This document shows, in pieces, positions 60,901 through 64,000 of a stretch of DNA of 64,000 bases. The position numbers were made by a program, and so were the translations under genes. The notes under the pieces are model-generated. The model was not told where the DNA came from. It was given only the letters and a program-made list of their open reading frames with translations, and did not search any database. How positions within the stretch are numbered: position 1 is the stretch's first letter; every line of letters begins with the position of its first letter. The DNA comes from Macrostomum lignano. Lineage: Eukaryota. The stretch is taken from contig NIVC01001197.1 of NCBI GenBank assembly GCA_002269645.1, positions 1-64,000 of the forward strand. Direction: 5' to 3'.

Positions 60901-63900
60901 ACTCTTTTGCCGTGCCGGAAAAGCAGCCGATCCCGACCTTCGAGGAAATCACTGACGACATGGCGGTCTCGACCGTATTTAGCGAGTTAGACATCACGAA
61001 AGCCTTTCACCAGATCCCCGTGAGCCCGGAGTCCCGCCACCTCTTCACCTTCAGCACCCCGCTAGGCCTCATGCAACTCACCAGGCTCAGCATGGGTTTC
61101 ACCAACGCGTCAGAGGTGCTGCAGAGAGTCATGACGGGAGTCCTCAACGGCCTAAATGGTGTCAGGTGGGCCCACGAGGATATCACGGTCTTCGCGCGCA
61201 ACATGGCCGAACACAACAGCCGTTTGAAGGCGTGCCTCCAGCGCCTCAGAGATTACGGGATCACCCTTAACCCCGATAAGCGCCGTCTCGCCCAACCTTC
61301 CATCGAATTCCTCGGAATGCGCATCAGCGCTAGCGGCGACCAGCCAACAGAGGAGAAAATAAAGACGCTCAAGGCCTTCAAGGAGCCGACGAACACATCG
61401 GAGCTACACTCATTCCTTGGGCTGGCAACCTACCTCTCAAGGTTCATCCCTAACTTCTCCGACCTGGCTCAACCGATGCGAGAGCTGCTCAAGAAGGGTC
61501 ACGTCTGGAGCTGGACGGACAAGCAGCAAGAAGCCTTCAAGCAAACTTGGGCCGCCATTTGTTCAGAAAACATTCTGGCCTTCTTCGACGTCAACATGGA
61601 GACGGAGGTGCACGTGGACGCCTCGCCGGTCGGCCTCGGCGCCATCCTGAGCCAAACGGACAAGAGAGGAGTCCGCAGACCTATCGCCTTCGCCAGCAGA
61701 TCTCTGACGGCCGTCGAGCAACGGTATGCTCAGATAGAGCGGGAGGCACTTGCTGTGAAGTTTGGCTGCCTCCGATTCGAGCACTACCTCAGCGGCTGCC
61801 CAAGGTTCACCATCGTGACAGACCACCGCCCGCTGGTACCACTCTTCCAGCCGGGGTCTCGGCCGCCGCCCAGAATCGAGCGTATGGCACTGAGAGTGCA
61901 GCACCTCAGCTTCAACATCATCTACCAGCCCGGGCCGCAGAACCCAGCCGATGTGCTCAGCAGGCAGCCGCAAATGCAGACAACCGACAACCCGGGCGAA
62001 GTGCTCGACCGGCAGTTCATCAACGCCATCGCCCTCGGATCGACGCCACAAGGTCTCAGCTTCGAGTCAATCAAGCAGGCGGCCAGGCTCGACGGTGTCA
62101 CTCAGGCAGCCATCTCGGCACTTCAGACCAACCAGTGGACCAGCAACGACCATGAGCTCCGTGCGCTTGCCTGCATCCGGCAAGAACTGTCGGCCCACGA
62201 CGGCGTTCTGCTTCGCGGTTCTTCGATCATCGTGCCAGCGAGTCTTCGGCGAGTAGTACTCCAGCTGGCGCACAAAGGCAATCAGTGCTGGCGGAAAACT
62301 CTAGACCGGCTTCAAACGAAGGTGTGGTGGCCAGGCATGAGGATCGACTGCCAGGTCTTCGTGCAAAGCTGCCTCGCCTGCCAAGCAACGTCGCCTAAAA
62401 CGACCAATCCGCCACCTCTTCAGCCCTCGCAGCTCCCCGACGGAGCCTGGCTCGTCCTCGGCATGGACTTCTACGGTCCGGTGCAGGACAAAATGCTGCT
62501 AGTGACAACAGATCTTTACTCAAAGTTTCCAGAGATCAACATCGTCAGTTCGACCTCCGCAGAGGCTGTGCTGCCACACCTGAAAACTCTCTTCAGCAGG
62601 TACGGCATCCCACAAGAAATCATCAGCGACAACGGCCCACCCTTCAACTCTGCAGAGTTCCACAACTTTCTCGCTGAGCACAGCGTCAAGCACCGCCGCA
62701 TCTGCCCGCTGTACCCGGAGGCCAACGGAGCGACCGAGCGCGTCAACCGATGCGTCAACAAGGTCGTCAGGGCGGCCATCGCCGAAGGCCGCAGCTGGCG
62801 CAGTGCCCTAGACGACTGGCTCCTTGCATACCGCGTCACTCCTCATTCGGCAACCGGAGTCGCGCCGGCCGAATTGCTAATGGGCCGGACCTTCAACGAC
62901 ACCGTCCCGTCGGCGCGCCCCTCGCAGCCCGTGTACCATCATCGCACACAGCTGACCCAGCGACACTCGGCCTACACCAGAGCGATGGCCAGGGACTTCA
63001 ACCGTTCCCGGAGGGCCAAGGCCTGCAGCATGAGGCGGAATCAGCGAACAAAGACTCAGAAACCCTTCGAGGTCGAGCCCTGGACCGTCGTGGACAGGCG
63101 AGGTGACTCCTACGTGCTGTAACAGGGCGACCGCACCTGCACTCGACACCTGACGCACATCCGCCCGCTAGTGGCGGCAGAGGGCGCTGCGGCGAACGCG
63201 GAACCGACGCCTCCAGATTGCGGCATTGCCTAGCGGCCGCATCCCCGCGCGGCCAAAGACAAGCCAATCAGCTACAAGGATTGATTTGGGGTTGGGGCTG
63301 ATTAAGGACTGGAACTATTGTACGAGTACTTCGATGACTGTCATTCGAGCTTTTATCCTCTCTTTGTTTCTTTCTGCTTTGGGAGAAGTGTTATTGCCAC
63401 CTAGTTGAATTAGCCTAGCAGGGCGGTGCCTGTTCCTAGCGCTCTCTCTCTCTCTCTCTCGCCCGCTCTGTCCTAATCAATAGCATCAATAGCGTAGCAA
63501 TGTACATGTTCATGAATGTACGCATCGTTCACTGTAGCCTAACAAATTTTTATGTATTGGGCCCACGGCCATATGGGGCCTTAAGCCTTTCGTTTCGCGC
63601 TCACACTGCCGCCTTCACTATCGCAGTCTTTACAAGGACCACTTTCTAAAAATATACGTGTACATACAACGATTGGAACTGTCTGCTTTCAGGTGTAAAT
63701 AATACGTGCGGCACGATCAGCTATGCATATTTATCGAACGTGACAGGAGTAATCGAGAGCCACAAGGGCTACAAAGCCATAACCGAATCAGAGCCGCGTA
63801 TTATGTCAATATACGCGCCCAATTTAACCTGTCTGTGGATACTGCCCAAACGCCTTGGGTTCTACATACATCTCTTTATTAAAACCTACTACCTTGCCAT

Positions 63901-64000
63901 GGGAGACTGCATTAAAATTGCAACAAAGCACTCTTCAAATACCAGCGAGCCTGGCAGTGATAGAGATTTGCAGTATTGCAGTAACTATTACGGATATCAC
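12911..64000 (+). CDS. Multi-CUB-domain secreted/membrane protein (signal peptide plus at least 5 CUB domains; continues beyond window)
   Basis: Exons 12911-12929, 13017-13094 (MTYQEGKITLWQLGFVACALLIFLPKCSS, signal peptide), 13976-14338, 14844-15218, 15612-15965, 21375-21722 and 63693->64000. All have GT-AG borders, phase-1 junctions and no stops. CUB motifs include CYWQL..DRVTLYDG..VNFYSN..GFRLQY. Confidence 0.85.
13976..14338 (+). CDS. CUB exon 1 of the multi-CUB gene
   Basis: 363 nt, phase 1-1; CSGG..GEIASHSG..CYWQLDAPSGKRVIVRF..DRVTLYDG..GFRLQY. Confidence 0.9.
14844..15218 (+). CDS. CUB exon 2
   Basis: 375 nt, phase 1-1; CGP..GMIVSHPGY..CSWTLP..GDCL..LCG..IRFSSDG..GFQIKF. Confidence 0.9.
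15612..15965 (+). CDS. CUB exon 3
   Basis: 354 nt, phase 1-1; CPD..GEVVSHSG..CEWYITAP..DYVKV..VKFYTDG..GFRFHY. Confidence 0.9.
17720..17997. other. ~278-bp GC-rich insertion splitting the DD37E transposase between GNYL and FWPD
   Basis: Removing it rejoins ..DGNYL-FWPDLAS. There is no clear TSD beyond a 2-bp aa overlap. Confidence 0.6.
18205..19031. mobile_element. Solo LTR (827 bp) inside the DD37E transposase
   Basis: TGTCATG...CCACA ends and 4-bp TSD TAGA (18201-04 / 19032-35). Removal restores NSFYYVTA. Contains CCAAT-like boxes, a TATA-like tatataa and gcgtcgtacgc repeats. Confidence 0.8.
19583..20914 (-). mobile_element. Mariner (DD34D) transposon, full length (1332 bp), transposase frameshifted
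   Basis: TA-flanked TIRs gagttgtcagaaaagttctgtg / cacagaacttctctgacaaccc. Motifs ETWAHSWE, ILLHDNAAPH and HPPYSPDLSPCDFFLFP in ORF pieces 20271-20507 and 19677-20135. Confidence 0.9.
21375..21722 (+). CDS. CUB exon 4
   Basis: 348 nt, phase 1-1; CQG..GGFIFSHYG..YGNNMDCYWHI..DTMTVFDG..LRFITDS..GFQLWL. Confidence 0.9.
22296..22600. repeat. CT-rich tract immediately followed by a GA-rich tract
   Basis: About 165 nt of near-pure pyrimidine followed by about 130 nt of near-pure purine on the + strand. Confidence 0.8.
24573..24960 (+). repeat. Left terminal inverted repeat of the Polinton
   Basis: Reverse complement of 56062-56401 apart from a few substitutions and an expanded ccaacactt-type array. 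Confidence 0.95.
25177..25587 (+). CDS. Polinton 136-aa protein with an amphipathic, membrane-active-like segment (putative virion core protein)
   Basis: RGEG-LFDVVGTAANFVKDNMGLIGQAGSAAGSITNAVKGG followed by a coiled coil; C-terminus IKGGKGLKKF. Confidence 0.6.
   Translation: MTHVTHIQNLNELQVGDPVEYRGEGLFDVVGTAANFVKDNMGLIGQAGSAAGSITNAVKGGIEAARAAEELKKLREFNDTLSQIKAIKDLKLAQEATQATQPTETPTKSTPISNKDIQDFNKMLTTIKGGKGLKKF
25598..27315 (+). pseudogene. Polinton core/adenovirus pX-like precursor (~316 aa) split by a solo LTR and one -1 frameshift
   Basis: Removing 25877-26640 plus one TTAC and adding one base in the aaaaaggg run joins ..ETHTKK-GLLPILPILLGLGAAGAAGLAG..KQGGILPLATLLPIIFAGIGAAGGIAGGAAGITKAVND..GSGLLLPK. 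Confidence 0.7.
25877..26640. mobile_element. Solo-LTR-like insertion (764 bp)
   Basis: Ends TGTCACG...CGTCACA, 4-bp TSD TTAC (25873-76 / 26641-44), more GC-rich than the flanking Polinton DNA, with AATAAA signals. Removal restores a recognisable Polinton motif. Confidence 0.75.
29039..29911 (+). mobile_element. Non-coding mini LTR element (TRIM-like): LTR-A 29039-29442, PBS-like TGG at 29445, PPT at 29548-57, LTR-B 29561-29911
   Basis: TGTAGT...ACTACA ends and 4-bp TSD AATA (29035-38 / 29912-15). Removal restores polB W-Y-E-Y-L-Q-F-D in frame. Confidence 0.85.
31984..34093 (-). CDS. EnSpm second gene (DUF4806-like), 4 exons, one frameshift in the last exon
   Basis: Exons 34093-33910 (FYIVAF..FVPEAWM..ECRWPK..GWETH), 33707-32721, 32547-32354 and 32243-31984 (LAHIGGKDVRETARRML / FNFTGTGSKRSF..AYCLMHAND), with GT-AG borders. 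Confidence 0.75.
32759..33337. repeat. 54-bp coding minisatellite, 11 copies
   Basis: Unit gaatgcgcagcgcccaacgaaggcgagcgcacggagtccgggcggccctcgcgc (RPDSVRSPSLGAAHSREG on the - strand). Variants recur every 5 units (270 bp). Confidence 0.97.
34873..36813 (-). CDS. EnSpm/CACTA-type transposase, 646 aa, intact ORF
   Basis: Motifs LTIHIDGLPLFKS, IIADRPAREFVKCIKGHNGYSACDKC, YDYMHLVLLGV, WKATEYRSFLLY, YSIHSLSHL and FSAFPFENY. Confidence 0.88.
   Translation of the reverse strand: MNPASSKQAARRVARRRFDALLEDMHVSISESESDESVEEVAFEANNPDADNDQQLFYDLLEDAEEFVPESDNESHSETDTKLSEEQLAEWALKFNVSSTAIDSLLHLLHFSMPWLPLSARTLLQTPRQIETVQLGSGEYAYFGIHSHLPKVEEMDSNVKLKLTIHIDGLPLFKSKKEGFWTILGTFPGMKPFVIALYFGADKPDVGPFLHDLVAELQDLSDYVVVQKIIADRPAREFVKCIKGHNGYSACDKCTIQGEYQQQVIFDELNCQPRTDESFRGRSDPDHHVGGDSPFEALPIDMVYSFPYDYMHLVLLGVMRRLLLFWIRGPLHTRFGSQLSSSVSNILISLRGFFPSEFSRKPRSLSCLNYWKATEYRSFLLYSGVVALIHARGLSKKISHNFLLLHSAIFILCDPLSSSDLIQYANQLLFHFIRSCKKVYGSQMLVYSIHSLSHLAHECLRFGCLDNFSAFPFENYMQQIKSWVRGSCRPLVQCANRIYESITFSKKKSSNHADVNVAFKFPCSNINLPIGQKAFYCCFVNNVRLSNSDNDCHFYDRKNYCYRVCHFISSEGSCEVVCQRYEGYSSVYNYPVDSKKLNIFSISSLSPDLLHLPLTEVFRKACVLPYKQNLYAFPMFVPLDPRFNSH
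36891..37327 (+). mobile_element. Internally deleted mariner derivative (437 bp) nested in the EnSpm
   Basis: TA-flanked imperfect TIRs (ctgaggtgaaccaaaagtccgtgcg / cgcacgaacttttctttcaccctaa). ORF 37071 encodes the mariner HTH (WYQRFSSGDTSLEVRPRSGRP). Confidence 0.85.
39822..40166 (-). CDS. Polinton hypothetical protein, 114 aa
   Basis: ATG in an AAAATG context; AT-rich coding; convergent with the polB end. Confidence 0.55.
   Translation of the reverse strand: METIKILVTKEREMNDINKKLNIIYYSDYGDDMFPIRYELDKRKSFIKSAIAYAETVIEIEIDRLVRRIKVLRKKIKECLSYPADCEDNWCSIKFEIEMVIMLKQLHALVFYKC
40182..40514 (-). pseudogene. Polinton hypothetical protein, frameshifted
   Basis: TAAAAATG start at 40514 (MERWFKTDSNV..); continues into ORF 40182-40382 after a frameshift. 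Confidence 0.4.
40541..40867 (+). CDS. Polinton hypothetical protein with CxxC..CxxC zinc ribbon and C-terminal hydrophobic tail, 108 aa
   Basis: CKKC..CYSC; tail ILILVGLIISIFF. Confidence 0.6.
   Translation: MKDIYECKKCNVTMHRGQTANGDIYHMCYSCSKIYQFEKTKKIENSYYYFKNTIIKNLTRDISHPILVPGNNVYLYNNFFNLNKGKGLSSKDAERILILVGLIISIFF
41447..45783 (-). mobile_element. Ty3/Gypsy LTR retrotransposon, full length and apparently intact (4337 bp)
   Basis: 204-bp LTRs (41447-41650, 45580-45783; TG..CA; 2 mismatches seen), 5-bp TSD TAAAT, PBS TGGCGTCGCAAGC and PPT GGAGGGAGA. Confidence 0.97.
41800..45579 (-). CDS. gag-pol: Gag-Pol polyprotein, 1259 aa (CCHC, protease, RT, RNase H, integrase)
   Basis: CGYCGQVH..C and CSKCSKPNHFASVC; VDTGA; YQDD; TDAS..EREAL..TDHKPL; H..H..C..C; SDNAPEF..GSAERAV. 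Confidence 0.97.
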   Translation of the reverse strand: MASQALGRIELSEPERALTWLTAFRALARAKKWKDEGTNREIADNFLALCGLPALEKLTSLVAPKKIDELEFSAIEAAIQSYLQPKTRIIIAERTRFYTIRQQHDESLPDYLSRLRKAAQHCKFDSLKEAKSPEEVMIQLALVAGMHCPTTQQKVLEAMQIKELSVEEIVDFVAQIKQVKEFVFKQASKPFFTTSPPKETVPEIHHGSLATKNNFTTPRKIGTRTGQCGYCGQVHVAGKCPAFGKTCSKCSKPNHFASVCRSSRPRQLHNVEELSNADTPQPDTTSLLHLGDADTIHAIDSTLENIVINGAQIPMQVDTGAAVSVISSTLWESLRRPALQKCHRRLQAYDGHTLKVLGKLSTAIELRGKFHPAELIVLQASKTFGLLGRDLLDSAQVHSTCSTSIGNSVDALPVIKGIKAKMETIAGATPRFCRARPVPVALESSTNAELDRLQQLGVIEPVDGPVSNASPVVWVKKKDGTLRMCADYSVHVNAKIKSEDYPIPSVEHLFSKLKNAKKFAKVDLRSAYWQIELDEAAQDLSTINTSKGLFRVKRLQMGMKNASFIFQRAMESILSDLKGVLIYQDDVLVFAENSDSLQKRLRAVKTRLAEKHVTINESKCIEATDEISFLGFKISAAGIQPDDRLVEKIRSIAQPKDKKELERFVGLINFFGRLVPNFSGKIQPLNRLRRADANFQWTAECDRAFRQLKTEIASQPIVQPYSLEKELTLTTDASKGALAGVITQDGHPVIYISRCLSTAEQNYSNIEREALAVFWAVSRLKHYLLGRHFTIKTDHKPLEQLFGQSRGVPLNTSARISRWALAMMHLDYTIRYIPGEKIPHADALSRLRFTDSSSDSTEVCEAIDCVAFEPSVIPKNRVAAELELDELIKKVMHRIRSGNWAGCSQAEKPFQAVSQCLTIEDGLLFKGRQVYIPPRLRKEAFRAAHYTHSGSLATLNFMSLSCWWPGMRADIERFVSQCDVCNRLRPRLGKTRDTWPSTEYPFQKLHVDWAYVKNVGNILIAVDSYSGWIEAFPCKDRSTDQIIKSLRTVFTRFGVPELLVSDNAPEFVSDSLRSWLHQNGIKKMESPTYYPQANGSAERAVQTVKRALRAWNERTTHAEFVPYLQRLLFHHRNSSTCRGKTPAEIVFGRQLRAPVVSTFNQGERVLYQPTSDVPPSTVEYVMNRGRNTAFVLDGSELRLASDNQLAPLPHDDEESMAGDSANTEAGNPSDNSTEGAQEQEAGGIRRSTRMRRQPDRYSS
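46004..46330 (-). CDS. Polinton hypothetical protein, 108 aa
   Basis: TAAAATG start; packed tightly between the fibre gene and the membrane-protein gene. Confidence 0.55.
   Translation of the reverse strand: MTFSRTPSMRQNNVIIPIPKQEPIIKTFKSHTRFLFSTVNVQNNTKLQELIKLLKNHIILQEFWKVGFKWEKKERITPIQYLLSSGQIPKERGEFILVLLKIDENVGV
46347..48227 (-). CDS. Fibre/spike-like protein (626 codons, one in-frame TAA at 47016-18)
   Basis: 19-aa YTKTEID.LNLKR shaft repeats; LDMDNNRIINVA and INMNNFKLTNL..DSVNLGQV trimeric-fibre motifs; discoidin-like segment (DGSLATQW..IQFEF). After the TAA the same frame stays open for 80 codons into ORF 46347-46775 (GDGADAVWFY, ConA/lectin-like). Confidence 0.75.
48238..48675 (-). 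CDS. Adenain-type cysteine maturation protease, 145 aa, intact
   Basis: GVHWSAVY..YFFDSYALPP..QFQSFDKSYCGQAALYFL (His/Asp/Gln/Cys). Confidence 0.93.
   Translation of the reverse strand: MVLTWGDFKQRYGTDATSNIELTNCARQLKIKPFRCVMRDEIKDLPKYGSYIVNIETTKENGVHWSAVYSKPKLVYFFDSYALPPLQEIKDIFNHTKNRLCGDYHEQFQSFDKSYCGQAALYFLYKINKSKERPEDFKAILDSIK
48677..48850 (-). CDS. Small basic/coiled-coil Polinton protein, 57 aa (below ORF-track cutoff)
   Basis: TAAAAATG start, MDNNNAIKKQSEKVQNAKDNYEIELTKL..; fills the gap between the penton and protease genes exactly. Confidence 0.5.
   Translation of the reverse strand: MDNNNAIKKQSEKVQNAKDNYEIELTKLKQLQAEKIRKELLKPTATKLTKTKSFSAT
48864..49651 (-). CDS. Minor capsid protein (penton-like single jelly-roll), one frameshift near 49110
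   Basis: PLQLDQSLSYQIGL..NNQFRYS..GAYSYTDLN..NSLRTILGF..INITTDI, then IIYSIP..PIYYPLN..IRIVDESDRLISFGGQSITVILRIK. Confidence 0.85.
49670..50460 (-). CDS. A32/FtsK-family genome packaging ATPase, one frameshift near 50235
   Basis: Walker A LVIGGSGKGKT; Walker B TLIVFDD; GRG..FYLTQSF. Confidence 0.92.
50480..51961 (-). CDS. Major capsid protein (double jelly-roll), 493 aa, intact
   Basis: LTFDIGATSSILDLKNAFFRV..FSQAQLSVNGAEVE; beta-rich; size and position next to the ATPase and penton genes match the Polinton morphogenetic module. Confidence 0.88.
   Translation of the reverse strand: MAETKTIWSDKFHFKKHRQYINEVRARDLNFTAPTCDNSNNFTTGTLTFDIGATSSILDLKNAFFRVRWLYTRNDGTALTAPDIADRAGIIIENDWFYKCFSQAQLSVNGAEVETSTNPAEINGVLKHLNYTYLSKQVGDSVGWMADKGDGRAINFLNVAPAAGADTAALINYLNNNIVPVVTTLSNTKNINTGFIDRQNKFPVAVLTTASAYEQDFSIFPLFGFLSPNRVWKGLKFGVQLQISGGYQPRILFGSSISTDLAVRIVSIQLVVPKIEVTAPLLKHINDQLLVDQEVFYLNRRHFMRTINNNQDFFQWQILPTKRRVRYIFVWFKITNRISKRANGDLYWLQSADVAAQAATATDNAVSAINEFNLQDIRLVVDDQHYPVARPLNLNTGNNNVNDLIKYYQDYVKNEAYAVPQYTPAEFLNIHPMVVHDLTTQKENVANVSLNYMLEINKTGNQAVDAHVLLLEEFMSIAKADGTVVQDAPVEKD
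51996..52667 (+). CDS. Polinton hypothetical protein, 223 aa
   Basis: TAAAAAATG start, intact; C-terminal AVGEG-F motif. Confidence 0.65.
   Translation: MSQFMDVDEELAIYKEKQGYSDFVRNLQKRKLGIQLAGERFAAPFVNPITGKISELEKTDKDLLEKIAKNTEPKEDEILNEPPAYDFDQALLRVAEIRRAERGGVDEYPRAAPQSIAVMDLGNDNYRIGGVDKNRNELYTELGGAYNSIMNPRVKFNPELYTRDELISAKKIYDELGVRAAKNTSLYKRIVGSINNKRAVGEGFKTPRKFVLAAAKAAGHTGV
52687..53127 (+). CDS. PD-(D/E)xK restriction-endonuclease-like protein (C-terminus probably frameshifted)
   Basis: Q.RLGYVYE..KIDL..KIALELKSSDNTDNSSS, matching the E..D..ExK active-site order. Confidence 0.65.
   Translation: MANTIKDCLCKPVYDKVGSDRILNKIFRDELIIANRIKAIQMRLGYVYELLAIEHFGFEKIKKIDLIHTERKIALELKSSDNTDNSSSRFRNIQKLLEFKYVNPEFDLYYICINNTTKNPIKKVFDNGVILLTGEFALIFYMVINI
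53170..54800 (+). CDS. Phospholipase A2 (parvovirus/adenovirus type) fused to Polinton c-integrase; PLA2 N-terminus split by a 329-bp insert
   Basis: ELHLPSHQFTG / RLDLRL..PINGIDWLAYYHDLAY (PLA2). In the same ORF follow WYADL, ILDGFTRYAW, CVDEGKEF, LIERFNRTL, YNNSYHSAIKMTP, FKVGD and GSFYENQL (DDE integrase with C-terminal region). Confidence 0.9.
53335..53663. other. Unidentified ~329-bp insertion in the PLA2 Ca-loop region
   Basis: Flanked by an imperfect direct repeat, cgggtggagctcga (53321-34) / cgggttgactcga (53651-63). No TG..CA ends or TIRs are evident. Confidence 0.55.
54783..55508 (-). pseudogene. Polinton accessory protein with internal duplication; in-frame TAA at 55002-04
   Basis: GIKIYPLTPSEIEVL and GVKIYPLTQIEIEAL repeats. 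ORF 54783-54989 is in frame after the TAA, and V*ITKYLN aligns with VKFSIYLN. Confidence 0.6.
55566..55733 (-). CDS. 55-aa single-pass membrane protein (below ORF-track cutoff)
   Basis: TAAAAAATG start; MKVNYSYIGNVPVNELNENLSLITVEQMSIIILVTIIVIILFLFVIKKLLPCCLK. Confidence 0.55.
   Translation of the reverse strand: MKVNYSYIGNVPVNELNENLSLITVEQMSIIILVTIIVIILFLFVIKKLLPCCLK
55751..56053 (-). CDS. Polinton accessory protein, 100 aa, acidic tail
   Basis: Starts immediately inside the right TIR; IKQHILNGIID..LKLYPLE resembles ORF 55508 (LKQKIIDGLIK..IKIYPLT). Confidence 0.6.
   Translation of the reverse strand: MNRVYTFSVSDTFETVAKNSEIIKQHILNGIIDEVYLKYEDKTELKLYPLELDGLYDLEQEGELIFQLGDYFNSEDWEVRSTDSESTNSSYETSDSDIYC
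56062..56401 (-). repeat. Right terminal inverted repeat of the Polinton
   Basis: Ends ...gtatggtatatactact, followed by TSD atttag. Confidence 0.95.
57240..57958 (-). mobile_element. Crypton-like / DUF3504-associated tyrosine recombinase, N-terminal fragment
   Basis: LKKFLREK..YLRLWYVSLK..TYAPDTIRGFRASVHRYM..DVIGNEQF; truncated before the catalytic domain. Confidence 0.6.
58287..58691 (+). pseudogene. P-element/THAP9-like transposase C-terminal fragment
   Basis: CEECQQSL..LQLKN..GNLIIPNKAVISAVCQMERTF. Confidence 0.5.
59029..63634 (+). mobile_element. Ty3/Gypsy LTR retrotransposon (4606 bp)
   Basis: LTRs 59029-59268 and 63389-63634 (TG..CA; differ by a (CT)n length change and 2 substitutions), 5-bp TSD AGGAC, PBS TGGCATCGCAAGC and PPT GGGAGAAG. 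Confidence 0.97.
59309..63122 (+). CDS. gag-pol: Gag-Pol with one frameshift near 59580
   Basis: CYRCGERGH and CSSCGKPNHLAKAC; LVDSGA; AHED (degenerate YxDD); VDAS..EREAL..TDHRPL; SDNGPPF..GATERVN. Confidence 0.93.
63693..64000 (+). CDS. CUB exon 5 (partial, runs off window)
   Basis: Acceptor tgctttcag, then the open phase-1 frame GVNNTCG..TGVIESHKGY..YAPNLTCLWILP..GDCIKI, which resembles CUB exon 2. Confidence 0.8.

Overview
Eukaryotic (invertebrate metazoan-like) genomic DNA with spliceosomal introns; the species cannot be determined from the sequence. There are three host genes. The first is the frameshift-damaged 3' part of a CUB/mucin/TM receptor gene (<1-4620). The second is an intact 5-exon EGF-EGF-mucin-TM gene (6083-7661). 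The third is a multi-CUB secreted or membrane protein gene starting at 12911 and running off the right edge. The 42-kb intron of that third gene (21723-63692) holds the main feature: a complete Polinton/Maverick-type endogenous virus (24573-56401) with AGTAGT termini, long TIRs and a 6-bp TSD ATTTAG. It encodes protein-primed PolB with an OTU-like domain, major and minor capsid proteins, packaging ATPase, adenain-type protease, fibre, a PLA2-integrase ORF, a restriction-endonuclease-like ORF and membrane-active core proteins. Five insertions interrupt it: a solo LTR, a mini LTR element with two diverged LTRs, an 8-kb EnSpm/CACTA element (itself carrying a mariner derivative), an intact Gypsy element and an unexplained 329-bp insert. 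Removing them leaves about 17.5 kb, and removing the four TSD-flanked ones restores the interrupted viral coding sequence. Other TEs are a nested DD37E/mariner/solo-LTR cluster, DIRS-like and Crypton-like tyrosine-recombinase remnants, a P-element-like fragment and a second Gypsy. All family assignments come from motif recognition by eye; no searches were run.
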